The notes beneath the pieces were generated by a model. The model saw only the letters and a list, made by a program, of their open reading frames with translations, was not told the origin of the DNA and did no database searches. DNA of 64,000 nucleotides from Octopus bimaculoides. Taxonomy: Eukaryota. The position numbers were made by a program, and so were the translations under genes. This document shows positions 13,392-27,977 of the stretch, piece by piece (within the stretch, counting starts at the first letter, position 1; the number at the start of each line of letters is the position of its first letter). The stretch lies in NCBI RefSeq assembly GCF_001194135.2, contig NC_068993.1, positions 450,468 through 514,467 of the forward strand, given 5' to 3'.

Positions 13392-13915
13392 CTCTTTAAT
13401 CTCTCTTTTTCTACAAAGATCTTTCCAGACCTTTGAAAGCAAACTCGTGTGTTTCATCCTCAAGAAAGACAACTTCTCTAACTCCCTATAAAACTCATCT
13501 CTAACATAATAAAAACAGCTTTTATCAATAATGTCAGGTGACATCATCAATAATGTCAGGTGACATCATCAATAATGTCAGGTGACATCATCAATATCTG
13601 TCTGTATATTTTTCATTCTGAAGCTGAGGTACACTTAAGCCAAGTTTATTATGAACACAACCCGGAATAGGAGCCACACTTGATGGAAATTGAGGATCAT
13701 AAAAAGATTTAAGAAGAGAAAGGACAAAACCCTTTGTAGGATTCTTTCTCTTCCCTTTACAACCACCAGTATAGTTTCCATAAAGCCATATCCCACCATT
13801 CCTAAGTCACCCACCAGTGACTCTGGTCTTGGAGAAATTTAGTAATGTTGTCAGCAGAAAAGCCTTCAACCATGTCCTGCCTGCAAATTGATCAAAACTG
13901 TTAGCTTGTACATTC
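13392..13915 (+). mobile_element. Decayed CR1-like LINE reverse transcriptase fragment, interrupted by a 22-bp tandem repeat
   Basis: LFNLSFSTKIFPDL*KQ and downstream HQYSF...KAFNHV motifs. Confidence 0.55.
13524..13595. repeat. 22-bp tandem repeat (atcaataatgtcaggtgacatc) x3
   Basis: Three perfect units plus a partial unit. Confidence 0.95.
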
Positions 13916-15824
13916 CTTTGTTACTGGGAGGTTAGGGCCCTAGTGAAAACTTGAACTCCATTCTGGAACTTGGTTTTTTTTAGTATCACTAAGATACAGA
14001 ATGATTCAGGGAGATTTTTTTTTACAGAGAAAAACAAAGGGGTTATTTTTATGAGATGGGGAAATATAGTAATCATGTTGTTGTTTAGTCCCAGGTGAAC
14101 TTTGACGGAACAGTTGTAATTTTCAAAAATGTTTGTGGCCTTCTTTTTAAGGCTATCTAGGACTACACCATCTAAAGTGTCATTTCATTACTTAAGATAT
14201 AAGAGTGTAATTTAAGGGAGAGTTGGCTACAGTTTCTTGCATGTGAAATGACCACATACAGTTTGAGTGAGGAACTCTGCTGAAATTCAAAGTTGAAAAT
14301 TCTCTTCACTGATGAAAACTCCATCCTTTTATATATTTCTATATTTTATGGAAATGTTTTAAATTTCAAAATGAAAAATCTCGATTTACATATCTTGTCA
14401 ATTAAAAATTCATTCATTTTGTCATCACTAACAAATCCCTGGCTTACAATTTGTCCTTAACTCTAAAAAGGTCCCCATTCTTGGTGACCCTTGTTCTCTG
14501 TTTTGTTGAAAACATTACAACTGGTATACCACAAGCTGTGACAATGTTAACACAAATAAATTAGTAATTAAAGAACTAACAAGATGGTCAACAACCTGAA
14601 TATTAGTCAGATGTTATTAATAAAATGACATTGGCCTGATTTAAGTGAACAAGTACCAGTAATACAAGGTGTCTCTGTTATAAAGTTGTTTTTTCACTGT
14701 CAACCAGGAATGCTATTATTTCTCAAGTAACATTGTCATTTATGGAAGGAATTATATTTTTTTTTCTGTTGTCTTTAGTTTATTTTCAAATTCTGTTCAA
14801 AGGCTGAAATATGATAAGCAGCTTCAGAATTAAGTAATTTCTTGTTTTCCACCTGTTACTGAGCTAAGATATCTGCAGACCTTAATGTAACTGTTCATGT
14901 TGTTACATAATTTATTAGAAAGATTTGGGTTACTTAATAAAAACCTGGCGATTAACTGTCACGTTGCTGACATATGTCTTCCTCGTGTGTCACTCTCACC
15001 AAATGCTTCAATGGCTGCTGATCTACAATAATGAACACCACTTACTGTTGTGCCTCCTTTGCTTACAAAACACTCCTTACCGTTCCACACCTATTAACTA
15101 CTTTTTATACTTTCCAAAGCAGAATTCATTAAAACATTTTTCTTTTCTCATTTCACTTCTGTCGTCGTTTTCTAATCAGTTGTGAGGTGTAGACATTGAC
15201 AAAGATCAGGTTATCATCCCATAATCAACATGCCATATTTGGATGTAAACATCATCACTGCCACTCTCATTGTTGCCATGGTCATTCTTATCATCATCAT
15301 CAGAGCCATACGCAACATATTTAGTTTGAATGGGTCAGGTATAGAGCGTATTGCCACTCATGTACAAGTTCCAAGGTACCGAGATCTAATTTCACCTTTT
15401 CTTCCAGGCTTTCATCTTATTCTCTATTTATGTCCATAACAACTCTAAGATGCATCTTAGCACAGCCACCACAGCCCGGAAGCCCTAACGAACCCCAACC
15501 CCTGTTCCTTCAAAGACCAGAAGTCCAAACCAACACGGTAACCTCTCCTGCAAACAGCTGCAGATTTATTCAAATTATATTGTTGTAGATTAAAAATTAA
15601 AGGAGAGTTTCAGTAGGATACACATAAGAGGGGAAGAAGGATTGTTATTATTTTTCTGGTGGCTCAAAATCAAGTGCTGTACAAAACAACTCATCATCGT
15701 TGTTTAACATCCACTTTCCATGCAAGCATGGGTAACATTCTGAGTTCAAATCCTGCTGAAGTCATCTTGTCTTAATGAATTCAAGGAAAAAGAATTTTTC
15801 TGGTTATGTACCAGGGACAATTTC

Positions 15825-16197
15825 ATCTAATCTCTTTAATCTCTCCATTTCTACAGAGATCTATCCTGACCTTTGGAACCATGCAAGTGCATCCCATCTG
15901 ACACAAAGGAAACCTTTCTCACCCTCGCAACAGTTACCAAAGTGCATTCATTTCCAATATCTTTATGGAGACAATCATTAACAACAAAGTCTTCTAACAC
16001 CATCACTCTCTCTCTCTCTCTCTCCCTCAAATGATCACCAGTAAAGTTTCTGCAAAGCCTGAATTGTCTGGGACTCTCCTTTGTCACCCATTACAGAGAT
16101 TTGGTGGCAGTGATGTTCTGGAAGAGCTTTTTACCATGTCTGGCACAATAATCTCCAAATAAAAATGCTCGCTTATTAGCTCTACCCATCCCTCATC
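15825..16197 (+). mobile_element. Decayed CR1-like LINE reverse transcriptase fragment
   Basis: LFNLSISTEIYPDLWNHA ... RAFYHVWHNNLQIKMLAY*LYPSL matches the RT motifs LFNL..S..FP..WK.A and KAFD.VWH..L..KL. Confidence 0.65.
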
Positions 16198-18032
16198 ACA
16201 AGCAGAAACATCTTAGTAGCTAATTAAACTGTCCACCTGTGGTCTCTGCAAGACCAGTTTGGCCATTTGCAGCATCTGCAGGAATAATTTCACATTCTGA
16301 AATAGCAATTCCATAGAGAAGATACACAGCTGACACAAGAAAATAGTGTTGACTGCTGACTTGTAGTGTACTTGACATGGTTATAAGGTATTTGGCTATA
16401 TGCCTGGTTGTATTTATAAGGTTTTGGACTATATTTGGTGGTGTTTTAATGAATATGTTAATGATTCATGGTGAGAGAACAGAAAGAAAACAAAAGTCAA
16501 AAAAAGGAGAGGATTTAAAGTTTATATTTTCACAACAAAATCGTTTTTACACAAGAATATCTGTGTTGTTTAAGCACTTTACATTGAAATAATTTCTGCT
16601 TACCTTAATGTGTCTCTGGTTGATAACACAACTACTTCACAATGGAAATATTTGGAGTTGGAGGCAACAAAATTTACAGAATGCTCCAAATCACTCAAAC
16701 ACAGAGCCATACATCAATTGTATATACACATACACACACAATAAATACACATGTAAATAGGTTCAACCAAAAATACCCACACACAAACAAACACGGAACA
16801 AATGACATCTTTTGTCTTTGCAACATAAAAATTGTGTGAAAAAACAAGGTGACATTTAATTAAGAACTAACAATTAAATAGTCAGGATTACAACCAAAAT
16901 TATATTGGCCGAGGCACATGTGAAATAATCAAATGTTAAAAATGAATCCAGAAAAAGCAAAATTGGTGTCAACATTTGTGTGAATATTGCAGCCCTGTTT
17001 AATAAAAGAGCTCCATTTATAAGATTAGAATTGATGTTAAGTGTGATACTAAATTGCAAGTGTGGCCGATATTGTCACAGTTTTAAGTAAAAAAAAAAAA
17101 AGATAAAAATTCGACAGAGCTAAAGTCTTTCTAAAAGTAAACCAACTTAGATTTAACTCTTAAAATGTTTCACTAAATCTTAAAATACTCTGCTAAAATT
17201 CTGGCAAAATTTCAAGGAGAAATTTTGTAAATAAGAAAATATCTGTAGTTATTTTTTTTCTTCATCTTTTAGTTAAGTATTTACTTTGAAAGACATTTTG
17301 AAGAAATTTTGTAGATGAAATGTAAAGATATTTGAATTTAAGAGGAAAACGTTTTTTAAGAGAACATCTTTTGCTGAATTATTTTTGATGTCAGTATTTC
17401 AATAAATGTAGATCTAGATCTGAATTGTTAGGTTGAAACTATAATAATCTCCACTTTTTATTTTCCTCTTTTTCATTCACTCAAATCAAATTAAACCATG
17501 AAATAAGCAGCAATTAGTAAATAACAGAATTAACTCTAAATAAAAAATAATTAAAGATAAGCTGAGAAATTGAAAGCTTGATTAGCTTAAAAAAAAAACC
17601 AACCAAAAAGCTAACATGTTTCTGAAATGTAAAAGAATTTGTGAATTAGTGTCTGGGGTTCGTTGGCAGAAGATGAAAATAAAATGAGAAAGAGTGGAAG
17701 AAAATGGAATCTAATCTGTGAATGGTTGGTGGAACATTTCTGAACACTGTTCTTTCTTCAGACCTTGAAAGCAGCAATCGTATTTATATATATATTTACA
17801 TTGTCCAAAAATCTCCATCTACACCCCTCATTTTATATACACTAAAACTGCACTGGGATGAATTTATGCACAAAAGCATTGATTAATGTAATAATGCACA
17901 AATGAGTGAGTGGGAAGTGGTAACAAGGAGAAGAAACAGATGAAATGTTTATGTCAATATATACACTTCAGAATGTATGTTTATATATATGTATGTATAT
18001 GTGTGAGTGTGTAATGGTGGTGAATTCACTAA

Positions 18033-18071
<39 letters not shown>

Positions 18072-18141
18072 CATACACATATATTTATACACACACACAC
18101 GCATATATACATACATACATACACACACACACATGTGCGCA

Positions 18142-18172
<31 letters not shown>

Positions 18173-18569
18173 GCACATATACACACACACATACATACAC
18201 AGACACATACACATATAAAAAGATTACACATACACACATTAATTAATTTAATAATGCATGAAGTGGTATTTGTTGTAGAATAATGTAAGTTAGTGGTATC
18301 TGTACAATAATTGTAGCAGAGTGCTGATATCAAATGACTGTAAGTCTTTGTTCCCATCAATGTGATGTTGTTAGCTAATATAATATATTTTATATATATA
18401 TATATATATTTATGTATATATATACACGATGTAACAGTCATCTTATAACCAGCACCAAGATGACAGTTGGAGTTCGAAACCAGAACAGGTTAGAAAAAAA
18501 AACAACGAAACAAATCAATGAAGGCCAGCTGAATGAGGAATTAGGGCTGTTGTTCGGGAAAGACGTCCA

Positions 18570-18674
18570 TTATATCCTGCGGCCATGAACTTGTCGCTGT
18601 TTAGTGAGAAATGACTGGCCCGAGTTATTGTGACTTAATTTCTCATCCACCGCTCGTCGCTGTAACTGCCGACT
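18570..18674 (-). CDS. hook: Hook exon 22, terminal (SRQLQRRAVDEKLSHNNSGQSFLTKQRQVHGRRI*)
   Basis: gttccag acceptor, GQSFL..QRQ motif, TAA at 18570-18572. Confidence 0.92.
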   Translation of the reverse strand, partial: SRQLQRRAVDEKLSHNNSGQSFLTKQRQVHGRRI

Positions 18675-20218
18675 CTGGAACAGAATAAAGAGGGATATCA
18701 TATGAGGGAAACCGTTTTTTCTTTCTATCTATGAATTCTTCAACACACTTACACAGAAAGTAATTAGGACAATGTACCAATGTAATTTTGCCTCTAAAAA
18801 TGAAGAAACTCAATAAATTGTAGATTTAATGTGGAGGTTCTGTTTCTGTAACCTCACCCAGTCCAACCTGAGATCCAACTGTGTGGAACGGAAGCTTTCA
18901 ATTTCCCCAATGCTGCCATCATTACCAGAGTAATTTTATATCTATTTTCTGTGCTGGCATGGGTTAGGTGGGCCATCATGGCCACAGCCACTTCTCACTG
19001 GGAACCACTGCTCTCACAGATGGTACTTGGGTGTGTCTCATTTTGGCTTGGTTTCGACAGCAGGATGGTCCATGCTGGCATGAGTTGGATGGTTCAACCA
19101 GGCTGATACACTGGAAGGCTGCACCAAACTCCTGCCTGATTTGGCCTGGTTTTCTACGGCTGGATGCCTTTCCTAACACCAACCACCCCGAGAGTGTAAT
19201 GGGTGCTTTTACTTATTTCATTGACCCTGAAAGGATGGGAGGCAAAGCTGACCTCAGTGGAATTTGAACTCAGAATGTAAAGAGGGACAAAATGGAACAA
19301 AGCATTCTGCCCAACGTGCTAACGACTCTGCCAGCTCACAGCCTTAATAACGATAATAAACTAGTGGCCATTGGTAAATGTTATTAAAACATCAAGTGTC
19401 ATTTCTCTCCAAGACCGACAAACTCATAGAAATCCCTTGAAATCAATCCAAATCAGAGATACAAGTTTGAAATAGGATGAAATATTTTATTTGCTGACAC
19501 TTCTATTTTATTTGCAGAATATTTTAGTGAAATATCTCAACAAAACTCACCAGATTATACCATGCTGTTATAATTAACTTTTCTTCTTCCTCTCGCATAA
19601 CTTTGCTCTTCTCATAATCTTTCTGTAAAATAGAATAATACGCATACATGTGTGTGTGTAGGGTGGTGGTGGTGGTGGTGCATGAGTACTTTCAGTTTTT
19701 AAACAACATTAATATAATCATTGAGAAAAGACAGATTTCAGGGGGGAAAGTAGTTGAGAGAGTATAGAGACAACAGACAGAACTTTACACAAACCAGCTG
19801 TGCTCAGTGTGGACATAAACTAGCTGTGGTCCCTGCCAACATAAACCAGCTGTGGTTAGACTCAGCATGGGTCCATTTAGATCAGAAAATAAATTAAGTT
19901 TGTTTGGCCAATGATCAAGCCTCAATATTATTATTCTCCTGTCAAAAATAGCAGCCAAATCTCCCTCAGTTTACATTCCTCTTGATTTAAATTGCACACA
20001 GTAGGGATAATGTAGTCCAAGTTATACTATGCCCCCAAAAACCTGAACAAAATACAAAACAATCAAAGGGTTTGTTTATTACTGATTTCTAAGACAGACA
20101 CACAAGCTGATACGTTTTGCGTGAGGGAGTTGGTCAATTAAATAGCCCCCAATATTTGACTGGTATATATTGAATCCTTAGAAGAATGAAGGGGAAAAGC
20201 TGACCAAACACATACACC

Positions 20219-20266
<48 letters not shown>

Positions 20267-23200
20267 CACACACACACATAGTTCATATGTATGTACATAA
20301 AATGTGACTATAGAAAAGTGGACAATAATGATATCATACACACCTATATATACATCCAGATATAATATAAACACAAGCACATTATACACCTGTATATATC
20401 CATACATGTACACACACACACACACACATGCACATCTGTTTATACATACTCACACACACATTTGTGTAAAATGTGTAATTTTTGTTATTGATAAAGGTTC
20501 AAACCTCTAAATGATCAATCAACTTCTGTTTCTCATCTAATTGGTTACGAAGTGCTTGAACTTCTGGGCCGGAAGCAGGATTTTGTTTGATGTCAAGGGA
20601 TTTGAATACCTAAAAATTGGAAGGAAAAAAAATAAACAACACATAAAAAAAGGAGAATTTCATGATGAAACAAGAGAAGAATAGATGAGACATTAATACA
20701 ACTTGAAGGCTAATTTGAAGCATAATAAGGCTGTATATTGGAATCGGTCAAATGTAGCGATCAAAAGGTTTTCTGAGTTGATAAGAATTCTTTAATTGAA
20801 CAGCATCGAGAAATGTTTGGAATGATTAAGTAATGTGTAAAATCTAACCATAATTTTCATTACTCTGCATGTGTGTGTATGTGTGTGTGTGTGTGTGAGA
20901 GAGAGAGCATTGTTGCTTCTGTTGTCAGTTATATATAAGAAAAGTGATGAGCTCAGTTTTTGTTGTTTTTCCGCAGCCTGAGACGAAAGCTAAAAACACA
21001 AATTCTTCACAAAAGGGAAATGACCAAAGTCTTTTAGGAAGTCTGCTTTAGATTGGAGGGTGGAGAAAACAGAGTGAGATTAAGAGAATGTTTAATTGAA
21101 AGTGTTGTTGTCTGCTGTTTAACTAAAAGACAGGATTATTGTAAAGTTTCTATAAAACTTGATGAGAAGGACAAATGAGAAGAAAGAGAAAGAGAAAAAG
21201 AAAGCTCACAACATTTAACTTGCTACTTTGCCAGACAACATGAAGAGATTTAGAAATATCTTACAGCTTTAGCCTTTTGTAAGTAACGTCTGTACATCTC
21301 CTCCATCTTCTTCAGTTCATCATCTTTCTTATTCAGTTGTTCTTGAAGCCGATGGATTTGTTCAGCATCAAGAGAGCGTTGTCGATCCAATTCCTCGATC
21401 TGATGTTTCTTCTCCGACACTTCTGTCTCTACACTTTGTACCTGACGTTTCTGTTCTGATATGACCTTTTTCAATTCTGTGAGTTCAGTTGAGGTAACAT
21501 CTGCAGTTGTTTGACTAACTTGAAGCTCTTCGAGAAGCGCTTGTTGTTCTAGATTCTTCTGCCTTGACAAACTACAGAAACCAAACGAAAATGTAGAAAT
21601 GTCTTAAAATGATGTTCTAGAAATATTATCTTTAAATAACTAAACAGTGATAATTGCTCTATAAATAGATTTTCAGATTGAGTGTATGAGACTAGACATA
21701 TACATCGGGTCTCTATTACTAGCTCAAATATATGTGTATGTGGTGCCAAACAGCAACATGTCCCCAGCAGAATGTTACTCCTTTGCTCATAGCTCTGTCT
21801 TGTTATTCTTTTCTACAAAAACTCAATAACTTTGCTTCAAGTCATTTTCTTGGACTCCTTCAACTGACATTGCTTGTAGCTTCATTTCGATCTCATTTTT
21901 CAAGAAAATAGAATTTCTTAAATTTGCTGCAATGAAATGTGATGTAATTAATTGAAGTTTTGGTTACCGTAAGTCAGCTTCAAGTTCATTTCGTTTAGAG
22001 TTGCTCTCGTCTAGCATCTTGCGAAGCATTTCCGATTGCTCATCATCCCCCGACTGAGAAGATTTCAAATCTCGATTCTCAATGGCAAGCCTCATCAACT
22101 TCTCCCTGGAATCAAACAACATCACAGAACCAATTCAAAATGTCAAAAGCAACAAAAGAGACCAACAGCATTTATTAGATTGAATTAAAATTTTTATGGA
22201 CCTCCCTGTCGGTTGTCCACAGAAAAGGATAATAATTCACCTGAATTGCATGATATGGGAGTGAATTTTTCATGGCATAATCAGAAGAGAAAGGACGGTA
22301 CTAATGGCCTATTTTTAAAGACTTTCTCATTGTTGGGAACAAAAGAGGATGTTATTCTGGGAGAAGGGAAACTTGCTTCGATTTCTTGCCACAAAGTGGA
22401 CTTTGTTAAGAACATCTAAGGACCATGTGAGGGTGTTAAACTGAGTGACAACAGAGTGGAATTTATTAAAGGTAGCCAAGGACATGGTGGTGGTGGTGGT
22501 GTTAAACTTTGCAAAGAATTCTATCTCTCAAAAACTTCATTAACCAAATTCCACTCAAAAGGTTTTGGTGTATCCAAGACTATGGTAGCAGACACTTAAT
22601 GTACAGTGGGATTGAACCCCAAAACACACTATTGCAAAGCAAACTTCTTAAGCACACAGCTAGAGCTCTCTACCTCCAGCCACCTGTGTTATGGCTGTTG
22701 CCCTTCATCACAAATTAAAGGTGAAGACGGAGAGAATTTAAAATCAGGTTAGAACGAATGGAAAGTTACTCACAGCAGATAAGCATTCCTATTGTCAAAC
22801 ATTCAGGTTCATTGAGTTTTCTAGAAAAAATGTCAAGCTGAAACCTATCAAATCATTATAATTAATTCTGAACCTTATTATTATAATGATACAGGCAAAT
22901 GATAATTGTGTCTGTATGTCACTGTAGCTCATTGCTTAGTTCCAATCACACAAATGAAATTAAAAAACATCAAACATTAATAGTTAACATTCCACATACC
23001 TTTATATTCAACTTATTTATCTTCTTTATTTTCTACAAAATTTTTAATAATTTACACATAACCCACCCCGCTGCCATGAAAATCATAGATTTTCATTTAG
23101 AGTTTTGGCAGTGAAACCTGGGTAAATAAAAAATACAAAGGATCTAAAGTGTCGGCAGAAGAACAAGTCGGAGCAATTGGATGCGAACTATTAAATATAC

Positions 23201-23925
23201 TTAGGTAAAAAAAAAAAAATCAAATTCTTTTGTTCCATTTTATATTTTACATACAAATACATAATTTTTCTCTCATTTATTTTTCAAATTCTTTTTACTT
23301 TTAAATTTTAAGAAATCTATCCTCATGACAATTTCATTCTAGAATGTTCAATCAAATATTTAGTTGCTTTTGCTTGTTTTTCTTTTGTATAAACAGGATT
23401 ATTCTATAAGTTTGTGAGCAAGAGAGTTTGTTTACCCTGTCTTTTTTTTCTTCATTATTCCCTGTTAATCAGTATGAGTTAATTATACATAGACAGACTC
23501 TAAGAAGTCTGATGCTGCATGGTTGTGAGAGCTGGGTCCTAAATGTACAGGGTTTGCAAAAGGCTAAAAAGAAATACAGTGAGTGTATGCTCTACTTGGA
23601 CATGGAACGGTTAGGGTAGAAATGAGCAGAGAGGGAAAACAGAATGAAGATGCCATGTGCAAGAAAAAAGACTGGATTAGAATGTGTACAGAATGTGTCG
23701 AGGAGGAAAACTGTAAATGATGTTGCACTTTTGATGTGAATGGAAGTTGCAGAAGAGGAAAACCTGGGATGAAGTTGTGAAAACTGATGTTGAAGTGGAT
23801 GTGTTTCACTAAAAAGATGGAATCAATTGTTAACATTGAGTAGAGAAGAGTTGTCCACCATTTGTGCAGACAGGGCGAAAAAAGACAAATATCCCAAATG
23901 GTAGAGATAAAGGCTGGAGGCACTT

Positions 23926-23976
<51 letters not shown>

Positions 23977-25610
23977 TTGCCAAGGCTCTATCTTCTGCAT
24001 TGCCCTTAAACTTTCTCATCTCTCTATCACTCTTCCCCTTTTCTTCCCATTTTCCATCTACTTTGCTGCTGCTGCTGGTGTAATTAAAGAGGACACTGGA
24101 TCCCTCTCTCTCCTATTCACTCAATGACAGGATGTCACTGGAACACTTCTGTCCTCTCACCCTCATCATTCTACTTCTTTCACCCATCAAAAGCTATATG
24201 TAATAGGTGCATCCTTTGGCCTTGATGTAGGCATAACAACTTCTTTAGTGTTGGTGCGATGATAAAAAAAGCACTCGGTACTCAGATGGTTGATTATAGG
24301 AAGGACATCCATGGGGAGAGAGAGAGAGAGAGAGAGAGAGCTCTGAGCAGTTTAAAAGGCCAGTAACTGCTAATAACAACCAATTTCGATGATCTGTGAT
24401 GATCTGTCCAATCCATGCCAGTATGGAAAAACAAACGTTTGATGTTTGTGCAACCATAAATATTATACAATATATTGTCAACTGACAAACAAAGCATCTC
24501 TCTTCTCTTTATTGTCCCACTTGGCTGCTTTTTTGTATGGAAACATGCAATAAATACAACAAAGTAGTACTCAATGGCATCTTGTTTGATTTAAATGTAT
24601 TATTTTGTAGATCAATCAAAGAGCTTTTCATGGAATTGGAATCTTACATCTTTTCCCTATTTCTATTGCATCACAGACAAACCATGAAAATCTCAATTCA
24701 TTTACAAAATTATAAAAGTATTTTTATGTTTTATCTTGGTTTCAATTGTTATTGTGTAGCTCTGTCTGTGGTGGTTTCTATTTAATATTGAATTGTTCAG
24801 TTTGTGCAGGAGAAATATCTAAGAGAGGGGAATTCTATGGGATCTAAGTTGGGGGATCAGTTGGAAACAGTGGAATGAAACTTGCCTAATATAAGTCCTG
24901 AGCAGCAACAGAAAAGTTGTGGGATTTGATAAAAAAAAGGAATCTAGACATGAATTTTAAGTTATGGCAGAAACTGAAATTTATCCAGAAAAATCACTGC
25001 TTAAACAGAAATAAATTTAAATAAGAAAGAAAACTGAATTGATGAAATTTTCTGAAAGAAGACGTACTTAATATTTAGAGGAATTGAGAGCATTTCAGTC
25101 TCTGTAAAGAGAGAACCGACAAATTTTTCTTGATGTTCCAAACTGGTCAGGGTCTGTAAAGTACAGCTTCTTTCTTGATCTTCTTCAATAACTTCTTTCA
25201 TAGCATCCCGTTCGTTCTCCAATTTCTGAAAAATAAAACATTTTCAACAAAATATTACCCTTTTTTTTTTGTGGCAGATTAAATAAGCCTCAGACACTGA
25301 TTTGTTGGGACAGAGATGGGTGTGGGGTGTGGGGGGGTTACGACTGTCATTTGTATTATTGTCAGATACTTTTGTCAAGGAGGACATTTCCAATGTCTTA
25401 TATATATATATTTCAGGACATGGTTCCATTTACCTGGCTCTTCCCAATGTTTCAATAACATCTTCAGCTGTTTTTATACCTTCACATCTCAACAGATGAA
25501 TCTAAGTGATTCCAAAGATATGAGCAGAGAAACAACAACATCTGCCGTAAACTAAGTCCACCATGCTGACCTTTGCTATGGCCACTGCCAGAATCTACTG
25601 GTAAATGATC

Positions 25611-25660
<50 letters not shown>

Positions 25661-25728
25661 NNNNNNNNNNNNNNNNNNNNNNNNNNNNNNNNNNNNNNNN
25701 NNNNNNNNNNNNNNNNNNNNNNNNNNNN

Positions 25729-25794
<66 letters not shown>

Positions 25795-27937
25795 GCATGA
25801 GCAATCTTTTTCAAGAAGAGGGCCACATGAAAAACAGCTCATCATTAAGCGTCCTGCACTGCTCAAAGTCATTTTTTGGTTTGACCATTCAGAAAACCCC
25901 CCACACTGTAGTTTGTCTGGCAGCTCTAAGTGTTTGATCAATTTACTAAAAGTAGTAGTCAAATCCTCTCCCTCAAATCACATCTCACACATTGGATAAT
26001 GTATTCCTAGATACCCTTACAAAGACAAGATAACCAAGGCTGAAAAGTCAATATTGATCACACAGAAACAGACTGGACAATGGAAACATGTCCAGACAGT
26101 CACATTAAACCCCATAGGATGGACTACTACATGTAGCGTATTCAATATGATCCTCTGCTAAATGAATACATGTCTTGACCAACAGACCCACGGGGGCAGA
26201 ATTTGGTTGAATCGCATATAATACGAGCCAAAGACCACTGCTCTCTCACAGATGACATACAACAAGAATTTTTAATTGAGTTATCCACTCGTTATAATTG
26301 AGAAATAATAAGAAACATATAACTACCTCTTTTTCTTTTTGGAGATTAGTTAATTTATTTTTAGCCATTCGGTAATCCACTTCATTTTTATCAGCTCTCT
26401 GGGTTTGGTATGCAAGGTCATTCTCAAGTTTGGTTATCTGACTCACCATCAAATCCAGTTGAGACTTCTGCTGGGTGAACTTGCGCAATTCCTGCATTTA
26501 GCAGAATAAGTAGAATGAAAGAATAATTTTTATGAAACCACAGAGAGGAGAGAGAGAGAGAGAGAGAGGGAGAGTATGAACATTTTCTTGAAGAAACATT
26601 TTGTAAAAGTTGAAAATTTAAAAATTTAAAAGCTGAAATCATGAAATTCCGCTTTTAAAACCCAACCATTTCATACCAAATATTCATATCAGCGCCAATC
26701 GCCGATCAACCATTTCTGCTTGTTATTCCATTTACCATTCCAAATATCTAAACAATGTCTTTCTTTTGTCTCAGAGATAACCCAGTTCTTGTGAAGGTCT
26801 TCTTCCTGCTGGCCAGATTAACACCTTTACCTCTGGATGAGTCCCCAACAAGCATTTCTGCCCCACCAGGATGTATCTGTGTACATGTGTGTGTGTGCGT
26901 GTGTGTGTGTGTCTGCCCCCAATGGATTTGTTATATGTTTCATATTACATATAAAACAATATAAATTCCAAAATATGTAAAAAATCAACATTCCACAGTA
27001 ACTTTAGCCATAACCTCGACATCAATGTCAGCCAATCAGAAAAGAGGACAAACAAATGTTAATCAGAGAGGTCACAGGTCATCATAGAACTGTCACTGTC
27101 ATCCAATGAGAAAACTGCTCAGACAATTGTCATGTTTTACTGATGTAAACAAAACACAACCCAGTTACAAGTGTAGGACTATTTGAGGTTTGTTCTGTAT
27201 TGCAGCTAAACCTCTGTAATACGTCCACAAAAGCTGTACAAGAAACCGAGGGTAACATGTCACAACAGCATGGTTTCACACTAAAGTCTGGCATATTTGG
27301 TGTGCCAGAAAATTGCTAAGTCTGTGTATCAGAGCAGTGCTGACTATGGTTGCTAAACAACAACCATAAAAATAATTATCAAATTCTTCACTGGAGATAT
27401 GCTAAGGTTTGGCATCAATGAAGATATGCTAATGCTTTTCAGTAATAAAATGGTTTGGTTCTTAAGAATGAAACTTTTGGAATTTTGCCACCATATCATA
27501 CCAGTAATTCCACATCAATCACACTGTAGTTTTTTACTGAAGAACCACACCAAACATCACATGAAATCTTTACAAATGTTGTTTCCTAGAACTTTCTTTA
27601 ATTTACTAAACTTCGATTCTTTATTTTCCATATCAAATCTGCCATTTTCATTCATTTTCTTTAAGAAACAATCCACAAGTTTTACGCCATGACCTTCCCT
27701 CTCTATATGACAACATAAAGAAAGAGCTACACTTTTAAGTAAGACACACAATATTTTCCACTCTTCAATATCTCAGTCTTGCTGAGAGTTAATCTATTTA
27801 AACCTTCATTAACTATTAATTAATAATTATTTTTACAATATACCAACCGTTTCCATAGAAATTTTTTCTTCAATATGTTTGTTATTACTTTCGTGTAGTT
27901 CATTCACTTTATTTCTTAGTTCACCCATTTCCTCTGC

Positions 27938-27977
<40 letters not shown>

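Noticed and set aside
13524-13595. Direct repeats as a possible CRISPR array (also at 40894)
   Set aside because: The units are contiguous with no unique spacers, and the DNA is eukaryotic.
20900-20989. Strong minus-strand acceptor opening LSSQAAEKQQKL... in Hook intron 19
   Set aside because: There is no donor, the frame runs into microsatellite, and the canonical exon 20 exists at 20505-20609.
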